DNA from: Camelus ferus
Taxonomy: Eukaryota
Length of the DNA: 64,000 nt
Reading direction: 5' to 3'
NCBI RefSeq assembly: GCF_009834535.1
Contig: NC_045712.1
Coordinates: forward strand, 3,410,001-3,474,000
Shown here: one piece after another, positions 38,449 to 50,710 of the stretch
How the letters are laid out: each line of letters begins with the position of its first letter
Numbering within the stretch: the stretch's first letter is position 1
Position numbers and translations under genes: made by a program
The notes under the pieces: model-generated
What the model was told of the DNA's origin: nothing
Database searches by the model: none
What the model saw: only the letters and a program-made list of their open reading frames with translations

Positions 38449-38769
38449 TTAACACTCATTCACTGTGACTACAGCAGAATGGGTGGAAATGTCTCTTTTC
38501 AAGGCCATCATCGGTACAGCACAGGCGTGGTCGGGTGTTTCCTGATTGTCCACTTCCACAGAGAACACCGAATCCTTCCTGAATCCTGACCTGCTATCCA
38601 GCCCAGGAATGTGCCACTCACTCCCCAGGACACCTAACAAGACAACATTTTGACTTCTTGCGTTTGACTCAACAGGCAATTTTGCCACTTCATTGATAGA
38701 AGAAGAAAAAGAGCCACGGAGCATCTCTACGGCAGCAGAGATCTCATGCTGCGACTTGATCTTGCCACC
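38449..38769 (-). CDS. Candidate terminal coding exon, 106 aa, product unidentified
   Basis: Open frame GGKIKSQHEISAAVEMLRG...HSAVVTVNEC-stop; locally higher GC, many G-starting codons; TTTCAG acceptor; AATAAA downstream on minus (38347-38352, 38184-38189). ORFs of this length also arise by chance in this window. Confidence 0.22.
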   Translation of the reverse strand, partial: GGKIKSQHEISAAVEMLRGSFSSSINEVAKLPVESNARSQNVVLLGVLGSEWHIPGLDSRSGFRKDSVFSVEVDNQETPDHACAVPMMALKRDISTHSAVVTVNEC

Positions 38770-41700
38770 CTGAAACTAATCTGGAAATATCTGTACCTTA
38801 ATCTCCTGCAGAAATAAACCTTCTGGAGCTCTTAATCTGACATACAGTGAAATTTGTCCTCTATCAGCTGTTGCTAGGCACGCTGCGAGGAATAAAAAGA
38901 AAATGCAGAAGCTTAAGTCTTGTGCTTAAGAGATTATTTCTTGTTTATGTTCTTTCTTTGCAGAAGATTCTCTGGTTCATTATAGAAGATACTCTCTCCC
39001 TCCCTTTACTATTCTCTTTGCTGTTTCTCTTCCTTTGGCCTGAAATTATATTTGACAACCAAACTTTTTAACCTGAGTTTGCAAAGTCCTATTCTGCTTA
39101 TCTGACCATTACAAATTCTCAAATGTAGTTGCAGGCTTCTTTGCTTATCCAGGAGATAAGGCTGGTGGCTGAGAGGCCTATGGGCTGCTTCTACTTCACA
39201 CCCAGTCTTCTTCGAGCATCCCTGCTGATCTTATCAAGAAGAACTACTCCCCTGCATCATTTAACCCTCTGGTATATTTACATTAAAAATTTAAAAATGA
39301 TGTCGATACAGAGTTATTAGATGGCAAGGGGCCATGGTGCGAGTGACCCGAAAGTCGGCTGATGCCTACAGGGAGGGTGTCCTGCTCCGGTCACTGCAGA
39401 CACTGATGGTTAGTTTTAATGACATACCTGCAGACTTCCACACTGCTGTTTTAAAATACACGGGAACACCTGTGCACTGCCTTTTAGTGTCATGACTCAA
39501 TTCTACAGAGATAAACATTAGAGCTGCCAAGGTCAGCGACCCAGCCTAATGGGACCGCGGATGGCCAATTGAGATGACGTCTCCACCCGCTGCAAGCTAA
39601 TTACGGGTTGAAGGAGGCCTCCCACACCGTGGCACTGATTTTCGCCCTTGGCGATCGGAGAATAATCTGACATGCACTCTGGTTGTTGCTCATGTGCTTG
39701 CTTCAGCAGATTGAAGTGACTCTACCCTCTGCGGTTGACTGCCAATTAATTTTAAACCAAATGTCTGGGAGAGGTGATATCAGGTACCCTGAGAAAATTA
39801 TAGGTGACAAATGTAGGATAACTCGTGTCACGAACAATGACTAGTCTTAAAATTCCAAAGTTTGCCTTCTATTGTACTTGTTTCAGGAAGAGGAAAGTGA
39901 TGTTAAGTGCTCTGGGGAGTGTGTGTCAACCCTGATTATTCTGTCCAATTCCCTCATGGCGGAAAAAAAAAAGTATTTTTCTCTTGACTTGTTTGCAAAA
40001 CAACGCTAACAGTATTACATTGAGCAGTTTTGCTGGCATAGAAAAGTGATGAATACATAAATGACTGGATGGTTTAATACACAGACCCTTACTGCACATC
40101 AGGAAAATAAGTATGCCAACAAATAATTTGCCAAACTCCTTGAAACTTGTCCGGAGTCCCAGGAGAGAGCTGTAGGAAGCTAGGAGACTAGATGACAATA
40201 TAAAGACATACGTTCAAACTCCAGCTGTGTAATGGCTCAAAAAAAAAATCTCATAAATCTCAGCATCCTCATTTGCAAAACAGATAGCTTTATAATCTTA
40301 ATTTGTGGTTTCAGTAGTTCCTGTACTCTCAAATAATTATGGGTACAATCATTAATTGACAACATCAACTATTTCCCTTCTTCCCACTTTATTCTTTCAT
40401 CTATATCCTCCCTGTCAAGGGGTGAATAAACAGCAAGTTACATAAGCACAGAGTATAAATTCCTGATAGAAAGCTTGCATCAAGAATAAAGGAAATACAT
40501 GAAGCACGATTATTTTTTAAAAAGTTACTTTTCCTTGTAATTGGCCGTGAATATTTTTTTGACCTGCCATTACTTATTCAACTATAATGTTCATGGAACT
40601 GGCAACTTTATTAACTCCAGTATCATATTTTGCCTGAAAAATATTCATATTTAGAATTTAAATAGATAGTAGACATATTATACTGAAACGTTTGCCATTT
40701 TAGAAGGCCAGTGAAATGATCCACAGCAGTCAGTAGTGTCTTGTGACAGCCAGTACTTGGAGTAGAAGCCGAACAAATAGTTTTACCCCTCACTCTCATT
40801 TCTCCTCTCTGCTCTACAACCACATGCCTCCACTAACCTGCTTTCTGTTTTCTTACAGGAGGAATTAAGACTTGGTGCCCAAGAGGCACATGGTTCCAAA
40901 CAAAATGCTTTGTAACCCAAATGAGTAGTGCCAAACAACATGATGCAACTCCAGGTAATCAAACTAAGATGTGGTGCATTTTAACATGTAACTGCATTTA
41001 CTCTCAAGCTCATTACTAGTTATAAAAAAAAAAAAAAAAAAAAAAAAAACGACTTCCACAAGGAGGCAAAAAAACTGAATGGCTGGTAATTTACGTTGGC
41101 TTCTTTGCATGGCTCTTATAGCTCTCAATTTTTCTAATCACTTCCTAGTTAGCTCAAAACATATTCACTGATACACACACTGATGATGCAGATTATGACA
41201 TATACCTTCCTCCGCCACTTTAATTTTAATAGATGATCTGTATTTGTTCAAAGACATTTTCTCAATAGGGTTACTGGATCTACTAGGAAAAAAATTAGAA
41301 TAACTTGAAGTTCCTCTCCAGCACTCACCGCAAGTGTGAGTGATTGGTGGCAATTTATCATACACAAAATAGCATTTCTTGATGCAAACAGTTCCCATTC
41401 ATTCACATCAGGTATCAGAGGAAAAAATCACACTATTTTATCTCAAAGGTTCTACCCCATCTTTGAAGTACGTAGATGTTCAGCACCAGGGGGCAAAGCT
41501 TGGGAATCCGTTTTACATGTAACATTAATTTCATATTATTGATTTTTGCACCAGGCTTATGTGGTGAAGGGCAAAAAGTGAAAGTTTGTTTTTTAAGTGT
41601 AAATAACATGGACTTCTTTTATTGAATTTCTTTGGGGATTTATACCTAGGGCATTTCCAAATACTTTTGTTTTCAAGATTATTATCTTAGGTGGAGATTA

Positions 41701-41940
41701 AGGGAAAAATAATGAAGTTGTTGAACTAGGAAAAAAAATCTCCTTTTTTTCCAAGATACATATCTGAAAAGAAGTTAGTGCCAAGTGACAGGGGTTCTAA
41801 AGACAAAGTATGATGCTTCAGATATGAGGCAAGCTGAGGTTTATGTGAACAGCTAAAAGCATTCAACTGAGAAACTACACAATACATTCAGAAAATTAGA
41901 ATTCTTATGATTAAATATCAGCATTAGAAATCAATCTTTA

Positions 41941-42128
41941 GATAAACGAGTTCATGCTATATAGCACAGGGAACTATATTCAATATCTTGTAGTAACTTA
42001 TGGTGAAAAAGAATATAAAATCAAATATATGTATGTTCATGTATGACTGAAGCATTGTGCTGTACACCAGAAAACTGACACATTGTAAACTGACTATACT
42101 TCAATAAAAATACATATAAACAAAAAAA
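41941..42128 (+). mobile_element. Young 5'-truncated L1 3' UTR
   Basis: TATAGCACAGGGAACTATATTCAATATCTTGTAGTAACTTATGGTGAAAAAGAATAT...TGCTGTACACCAGAAA...AATAAA; near-identical to 7776-8061; possible decayed TSD TAGAAATCAATCTT/TAGAATTGAATCTT. Confidence 0.93.
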
Positions 42129-43129
42129 AGTAAGTATAGAATTGAATCTTATCCCTATAGTACTGTTTTCTATCTTACTGGTTTATGCTAATGTTAAGAA
42201 CAAATTCCTATCCTAAGTTAGTCAATTTCACTGTTACTTTGCTTATGGATAATCCTTAAGGAAATAATTACTGGAAATCAACAAAATGTCATAACCTTTC
42301 ATCTATTCTTCAAATAGATAAATATTCTTCTTTACTTAGAATAGTCACAGGTTGTGCACTATAAGTTCCAAAAGCTCAAAACTATAAGGAAACGTATAGT
42401 AATGGAGAACTGTTCAATACTTAAAGCATATAAATTTTATTTTCTAAGTATTTAATGGTAGTTCAAAATATTTCATAAAGGTAACATGAAAACAGGACGG
42501 ACTTTAATATATTAAATAATAAATTACAGACTATTGTATATATGTAAATCCAAATTAGAAATATGTAAAATACATATGCAGATGGGCAAAAACTAGTTGT
42601 GAATACACAAAAAAGAAAAAAAAAAAACTTCCACTAGGGATTATGTTTAATTTCTTTGTTAAATTATTCAGTCCTGTTTTTACAAGTGAGCCTATTTCAG
42701 AATTTAACTATAACATAAGTGTATATATATATAAAGCAGCTGTTATGAGATTTAACAAGAACAGCAGTTAGCTTCAAATCTAAACCAGACTGTAAAATCA
42801 GTCTGTCGAATTTAAACTTTAATGTAAATGAGAGACAAGTTATTCTACCAACCTATATTTTTGTGAATAGATTGACATTTTGTAACTTGGGTAATAAGTA
42901 TTGAGACAGTATTCCAGTTGTCTATTGTATACTTGATATCAGTACCAACACAGTACATGGAAACGCACAGTGCACAGATGTCTGAACTTCTCACACAGAA
43001 CCTACATACGTAAAATACAGTTCTCCCCCCCCCCCCCCACAATTCTAGCAATCCACAGCATCTTCCATGCAGGACACATCCCAGTGGTTGATAGGATTTA
43101 ACTTCATTCTACTTAACATGCACAATAAG

Positions 43130-43290
43130 CCTACATGGTAAATGTTATTGTTTTTACTTATTTTTTACACATAAGACAACGGAGGTACAAAAAAGCTAAG
43201 TAAATTTCTCAAAGTCACACTGGCCAAACACTGCACCTAAGCTCCGAAGTATGTAATAGGATCCCAGAACCCGGGCTCTTCAACACTATA
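43130..43290 (-). mobile_element. MIR SINE
   Basis: GCTAAGTAAATTTCTCAAAGTCACAC...GGGCTCTTCAACACTATA. Confidence 0.55.
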
Positions 43291-44889
43291 TTCTACAACA
43301 TCTATTTGCATGATATCAAATGTTTCATTTCTGAGACAGAGAAAGAAAGAAGCCATTTTCACCAGCCTAGAAAAACTGCTGGGCTTTGATAGCTTAAAAA
43401 TATGTTCATTTAAAACATGTCTGGGATCAAACTCAGGGTACTGCTTTGATATGACCCTGCCTCAGTAGGGTCAACTGCTTTTATGACATGTATTTGAGAA
43501 TGCTAATTTAATATGTTCAGCATAGGATATCGATTTTCAGATCAAGCTCTTTAAAAACAGTGAATTAAATAAAAATTGGTCTCAGCTTATGAACTCAAAT
43601 ATCACTACAGTCATTAGGAAAGTACAGTAATGATTTTTGGCTCTGTGAATCCGCGTCAGCCTAAAAGCAACAGGATTAGGCTTAAAAGCAGGCATGCGGG
43701 AATGCATTTGAGTAAACCCTCCAACCAGTGGAACTTTACAGATCTGAAATTTACCCACATATCTAGATGGCTCTTAAAAGATTCCCTGATATATAAATGT
43801 CACCTTTGAGGTTTGTGGTGGTCGATGTAGGTCTGAACTGCTTCACCCTTAAATCCCTGCCTATCTGAGAGTGCTCTGGACAGTCCTCTAAAGGAAATGA
43901 GGTTTCAGGTTTTAGCTGCTGGCACTCAAGATGTTTCCACCGCTGCTTTCCCTTGTGACAGAGAAAATCTATTCATTGTTCTTGCTCGGCACTAATAGCA
44001 AAACAGGGGGTTTGCTTTCTGAAGAAGAGCCTTCAAACACAGCTTCAGGAAAGTGGAAGTTTTTTTTCTAGGCCACCAGGCTGTCGAGGAGTGCCAGATA
44101 AGACCTTTATTAGATTGGTATCATAAATTCTGAAAGTATGTTCATAAAAAAGCCTGTTTTTAGTTCAACCTATTTTAAGAATGTCTCTTGACCATACATG
44201 GCGGTACAAAGGTTTTCACCTTTCATTCAAATGTTTGAAAACTTAAGAGAAGAAAGGACATCAAAATACAAAATAATCAAATCTCAGAGGTTTCGACTCT
44301 AAATTCTAAAACAGAGGAGGACTCCTCTTAATAATAACACTGCATAGCAGATTAGACTCTCTGTTGTCAAAAAGGGCAGTCCAATCAGCATAGGAACCGA
44401 AATGCGATGAATTACGAAGTCCTGCAACAAGCAGCAAGCAACTATCTGGAAACACAAGGCGATGTCCCTGGCTTCACACAAAAGTCTGACCAGATTCTCA
44501 GCAATGGGTGAGAAAGAAAATTGAAAACTTAAAAGTATACAGATCCTTTCAAAAAACAAAAACAAAACACACAGAAAACTCCTGTGATCAAATAAGTTTA
44601 TTCAAACCTGAAACCTAGAAGTGAGGGGAGATAAGAGCAAGACACATATATGTGGAAAGAGAAGGAACACAGGAATTCTTCCAACAGAAAGAGAGAGCTT
44701 CAGAAAAGGACTGAGGACAGATTTTAAAAGAGAAGACAAAGTATCCAACTATAAGGGAAGATATGCCATCGAGAATACCAATAAAGCTGCTCTTTTTTGT
44801 TGAATTTCAAGATAGAAAGGCATCAGAGACCCCTTAGAAAGCCACACTGACAAACTTACCTTTTCAATATTGGGATGGTATTTTTATTT

Positions 44890-45010
44890 AAAGCAACCCT
44901 CAAGAAGAGAGTGGGAAGGGACCTAAGAAATACCCAGATCCAACTCTTCTTATTATGCAGACAAGGTATTTTTCAGATGAGGCAAGGCTGGAGAGTTAAC
45001 GGTACATGCA
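44890..45010 (-). mobile_element. MIR3/MIRc-like fragment
   Basis: GGAAGGGACCTAAGAAATACCCAGATCCAACTC...ATTATGCAGA...GGAGAGTTAA. Confidence 0.45.
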
Positions 45011-48000
45011 AAGATACGAATCCTCATGTTCCCAACACTGATTTTCATTAAAGATAACCTGAATCTTTATTTATACACACAACCACTTAGCGACCTAATT
45101 GTACCCCTACCAATTCTAAATGTTTCTTAAAGGAAACCACAGCGACAAAAAAGAAAAAAGAAAAATAATAAGAAAGAAAGATTTTCCTCATTTAGTATCT
45201 GTCCCAGGGAGTAAAGTGGCAGCTTTTAGCCAACATTTCTGAGGTGACAGGACAGGGAGCAAAAAGGAGGCCAGCGTAACCAACAAAAACTTCAGAGGAC
45301 ATTTAGATAAAAAGTCGAAATAAGGCCAAAGCTCTTCGGTCACGGCCCTCAGCGGCAGAGCAGTGCCAAGGGACTTGCAATGACCAGAAGGAATCCAGAG
45401 TTCACATCAACAATGCACAGCTACCATCTCTTTCCAACAGCATCTTAGAAACGGCACCAATCCCTAGTCCACCCACACTGCAGTCAGAAGCAGCCTCATT
45501 CTAAAGGAACGTCAGAACATGAGCAATCATGAAGACTAAGCCATCCTGAACTCTCTGTTTTCCAAGAAAGTAAGCCAAGTCCAAGAACAGTTAGTGTCAC
45601 ATGGCCCAGGTCACAAGGAGAGTCAACAGAGGAAAAGGGTCTCAAAACCTAGAGGTGTGTTACAGTGATTACACAAGCCAGTCAACACCCGTACCAATCA
45701 GTCTTTAGTTCAATTACAGCACCGGTTTCACAAATTCTGCCCTGTTAGTACCTTCAGTACACCTGTAAGACCGTAAGTCCCACCTTTTTTTCCAGAACAA
45801 TATGATCTCTTTTCCTACAGTCCTCTCTCCTTCCCTTAATGGTATATGCATGTATTTAAATAGTAATGAAAACAAGCTTCAGGAGGATGTGATTTTTCTA
45901 TAGCAAACCAGGTAGGCTGACGAATATAATAGAGAAAGAATATGAACACTGTTGTAGTTACTCTTTTAAGAAAGTGAACACATCTTGCTTTGCAATGAAA
46001 TGTTACTCTGATTTCCACTTACGTCGTGGTAAATCAAGTTTATTAAAGAGTGCAACACACTTACGCTTGAATTCCTTTTCTCCTAGTTACCTATACATAT
46101 AGCACAACGTTTTAAAATCAGTTCCTTTTTATAGAACTGCACTCCCTCCCTAAGTCAGTTTCTACTTGACAACTTTGATGTTTAAGAGTACAGATGCTAG
46201 GAATGGCTCTGACTTTTATACGACTTTTCCAAATATGAAAATTTTAGCAATATAAAGAATTTGTCCTTTAAACTTGCCAAAAGACCCGAGAGAAACTATC
46301 TGACATATTACAGAAATACCAGCTTCTTTTACTCCTCCAAACTCTAAGAATTCGAAGAACTACCAGAACAGAGTATTCTCAGACTTTCTAAGAGTAAGTT
46401 TTGACAGAGAACTGAAAAAGTGGAGAAGAAAAGAGAGTGTGGGGAGGGGGTAAGGGCATGGGGCTGAGCGATGGAAAGAATCATAGTTCCAGGCATGGGT
46501 AAAATTTGTTAAAGGTGTAGGTGGGAGAATAAAGGAAAAACTCATGAAAATAAACAATATTTACTACACAGTTTTGTCTTGTGCTGGCCCTAATTCTTAA
46601 CTGATGTATTTAATGGACTTGCAAGACATGTTATAAGAAACTTGTCTTAAGACCATCATTTGGAACAGCACTAGGAGTAGGGGTATAATATTAATTTCTA
46701 TTTCCATGTGGCACTGTAATCCATCAATGCTAAAAAACAGAACTGAATAATATTGCTCAACCATTTTCTCTATTACTCAATTTATCTGTCATATTCACTT
46801 CTAAATATATATTTCAATCCTTTTAGAAAGTGGACACTCAATCCTGATTCTGTTCCAGATTACCTGTTTATTAGTAATAATATTTATTAAATTGCAAACC
46901 TTGGCTGCTTCAAAATAAAAAGCAAATAAAACGTTAGTGACAAGATTTTGCAAAATATAAACCAATGTATATTTGCGTGTGGTGTTCAACAACAATAAAG
47001 TAAATAATGAACCATAAGGACATGTTCATAACTTGTATTTTAAGTAAAATACTTGCATGCTTTGCTTTGAAGCACACTGAATGAAGATTACATCCTTTTT
47101 TATTTTTACAGACACATACATTTTAAAATATCTTAGACTAAACATTTACTGACACTGTTCAATTTTCTAAACAATATTCAGTCAGTAGCTTTTTTTACAC
47201 TATCTTTCATCATTCAGGTCTAGGTAAGTAAATTTTTGTGGCAGATCCTTATCTTTATTCTTTTCTTTTCAGACCACAAACATGTTTATATCCTTCCTCT
47301 AACCTATTTTCAACTGGAAAAAGAAAAGGCAGTCCCAGCAGATTACTTGCAAAACATCAAATACACAGGAGTGGTAATCAAACGCAATCCAAACAGCCTT
47401 CCAAGGTGCACACGGCATGAATAACATCACTATCCCCAGTGCATTCACTCAGCCTCCTTTCTAGGAGCTGTTCTGATCCAGCCTGTCATAGTCAATGATA
47501 CACAGTGAAGGTCTGTTTCCAATATGGGCATGTTCTTTGTTTTATGGTCTTGATTGGTGTTTCTAGAGATGAGAAAGTACAAGTACCTTTTTGCATCTAC
47601 AGCTTTTGAACTTTACAGACCAGCTGACAAAGCATACCCACACTTTTCCTTATTGCCAGGCAAATATTTTAAGCCTCCAAAAGGCTGGGATTCAATTAGA
47701 TTTGTTTTCCTGATATGCTAACTAAACTTACTTGTAAATATTCTATATCAAAGTTGCATGAATTTTGCTCTTAATAAGTGGAAAAGATATATTCTTTGCT
47801 TCACTTTTTATAGAAAATTTAACTTGTCTTGTATTCAAATCCTTAATCATTGGATGGTGTGCCGCTGCTGAGTTTGGAGAAGAAAGAATAAAGTTAAGGA
47901 GACACTTTTTTTTCTAAAGAGTAAAATAAATTAAGAGGTGGTTTATGTTTAGCTGAGTAACACTATTCATTGAAAAGCATTTTTTTACTTTAAGCTTTTA

Positions 48001-48069
48001 GCACACTACCTTAAAAATTCACTATTTTTCAGGGTTGATGAAGTTTAAACATATTAGTTAAAAATCTTT

Positions 48070-48860
48070 AACTTGGGCCCCCAGTGACACTCCTAGGTAT
48101 ATTTCCATACAGAAATTGTAGGCACATGTTCATATAGGTATTAATTATAATAGCCAAAAAAGTTTAAACAGTAACCCAAATACCCATTAACTGAAGAATG
48201 GATAAATATAATGAGATATATCCATACAACAGAATATTACTGTGTAATGAAAAAAGAATGAAGGGTTCATACATGCTACATACAACATGGCTAGAACTTT
48301 TTAACTCGTGAGGCAAAGTGAAAGAAATCAATCACCAAAAGAAAAAATCACATACTGTATAATTCCTTTCATGTGAAATATCCAGGATAGGTGAATAATC
48401 CTTAGGGACAGAAAGTAGGTTAGTGTTTTCCCAGGGCTAGGAGGTTTTGGAGACATGTGGAGTGACTGCTACGAGGTATGAGGTTTCTTTTTGGGATGGT
48501 GAATACATAATACCGTTGGTCCTAGAGCAAAATAACACAGGCGTCAACTGCACAGGCCCACTTACGTTCGGATTTTTTAATAGTAATACTGCAACACTCC
48601 ATGATCCGCTGTTGGGTGAATCTGTGGATGTGGATCCTTGGATACAGAGAACCAACTGTAAGTTATATGCAGATTTCTGATTCATAGAGGATCAGGACCC
48701 CTCACCCTCATATTGTTCAAGGGTCAACTCTATTTTAAAACTGATTGTGGTGATGGTTGTACAACTCTGTGAATCTCCTAAAAACATTGAACTGTACTTC
48801 TTAAATGTGTTAACTCTAAGGATTATGAATGAATAACTCAATAAAGCTCTTTAATAAATA
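48070..48860 (+). mobile_element. L1MB-like ORF2 end/3' UTR interrupted by MER8
   Basis: CACTCCTAGGTATAT...GAATGGATAAA...ATCCATACAACAGAATATTAC...TACTGTATAATTCCTTTCATGTGAAATATCCAG...TTTTTGGGATGGTGAA; resumes TTTTAAAACTGATTGTGGTGATGGTTGTACAACTCTGTGAAT...CAATAAAGCT. Confidence 0.88.
48513..48730 (+). mobile_element. MER8 (Tigger2-derived MITE)
   Basis: CCGTTGGTCCT...AACTGCACAGGCCCACTTACGTTCGGATTTTTT...TTGTTCAAGGGTCAACTC with degenerate TIRs and TA on both sides (48511-48512, 48731-48732). Confidence 0.88.
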
Positions 48861-50039
48861 TCTGGTTGAGAATTTTTCTCTTGATTGTCACCATCTTTTC
48901 AACAATGCCACACATTCACAGGAGGTTTGACAACAAACCTTTTAAAATGGATAAACAGGTTTGTTTCAACTTATAAAATGAGACTTGACTGATGAAAATT
49001 GAAAAAGGCAGTTATCTAAGCATTCAGATGGCCACCTAAATATCCAACTATTCTCTGAGGATTCTAGGCAGAAGAAAGCTAGGGAGACCCACACTGGCCA
49101 TGACACCGGCACCTCTTGGAGACCATCTCTGTGCTGTTGTTTACTCTCTGTTGCCTTCTTGATCTGAAAACCTCTTCATGTGACTCTGGATTTTATTACA
49201 GGGGTAACCTTTTGTAAGTTCAAAGCCAAGGTCGTGTCCCTTCAGCTCAAATCCAGTCCTGAGGCATAAATCTTTCAGAAAAGATCCTTCCACACTTGCA
49301 TCACAAAGACTCTGACACATGTCACGATGAAGCAACTTTCATTAAGTTGCAGCAATGAATGTCCCTTCATTTGATGGACTCTGAAAAATGGCTCTATCTT
49401 CCCCCATTCCCATGACAGCTGTCATCGTGTCACAAATGGAGAAAAGTTTAAAAAAAGAAAGGCTTCTTGCTTTCCCGACAGTTGTCACCACCAGAAGCCA
49501 CGTAATATGTAATGTTACCAGGGGGAAATAGACAATGTACAGGAAACTAGACAAGGTCTATATTAGAAAAGCCCACGTCTTACCTTCAGAAATCCCAAGA
49601 ACAAAGGGAAACAAACAAACAATAGCATCACTGATAATATTTCAGAATATTCCATATGGAGCACATCGGTCCTATCTCCAGTATACATCTCAGTTCCTAT
49701 GATTCGGGAGAGAGTATCTATCCTAGCAAAAACATCCCAAGTATTTCACTTTATATGTCTTTAAATAACTAATCACAAGACTCAGGTGTCAAGGAAAGAA
49801 GTACCAGATCAATTGAGGACAGAAGTCAAAGATTTGGAGCATAAATCGGTATAATACAAAATGAGGCAAAAGCCTTTAACTTGACCGGCCAACAGACTTG
49901 TTGCTCTAATACATTTTATTTTCTGATTTCAAATAATACAGTGAGAAAAAGAAGCTCAAGAAAGAATTCCTTAGTTATAAAATTCAATGCGGGCAAAAGA
50001 AGTTCAAACTGACCTTTACTCTTATTATTCAAATGCAAT

Positions 50040-50160
50040 GTAGACCCCCCAACACTGACATCATCCAGGAGCTAATTATAAATTCAGAATTTTAAGCCTC
50101 ACTCCAGCCCTACTGAATCCGAATCTGCATTTTCATACATTGTTTGAGAAGCACAGTCCA
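50040..50160. mobile_element. MER5-family MITE fragment
   Basis: GCCTCACTCCAGCCCTACTGAATCCGAATCTGCATTTT...TTTGAGAAGCACAG. Confidence 0.6.
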
Positions 50161-50641
50161 CACCATTTTTCCACTACTGGCATTATCCAATGTTTGGACT
50201 CTCGGGCTATTGAAATAATTCATTTCTTATTAGTTACAGCTATCAAGTAATATTGACCTGAGAAAAGAAATGTAATACAACACAATATATACAATGTTGC
50301 TAAATTAATTAAAAGTTCAGAACATCAGATTTCTCTTGTGACAGCTATGCTAAAGCCTTAATATTGATGTTGGGTTAAGAGATATTCCAGATCAATTGAT
50401 ATTTAAGACTACATCATTTGTTTGCGTCTCTGCGGAATACGAAACAGCCTTGTTAATACTGAGTATAGATCTTTAACTTTAAAATACTACAGCAATTTGA
50501 TGTTGAGGTAATTTGAGGCTGATGCTTATGCAAATGTGACTTTGCCTAAGAAGGCGGTGTTTCTAGTTGATGAAAGGGAAGGGGCTTGTATTGTGCGGGT
50601 TTGTCATGTAATACACTTTGAACTGGCCAGTGAGGTGTTTC

Positions 50642-50710
50642 AGATAGAAAGAAAGAAAGATAAATAGATGCACAGATAGATAGATAGACAGATCGACTGA
50701 TCAATCGATC
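50642..50710. repeat. Compound (GAAA)n/(GATA)n microsatellite, decayed
   Basis: Direct read. Confidence 0.85.

Noticed and set aside
50691-50710. Near-palindrome GATCGACTGATCAATCGATC
   Set aside because: Explained by decay of the adjacent GATA microsatellite
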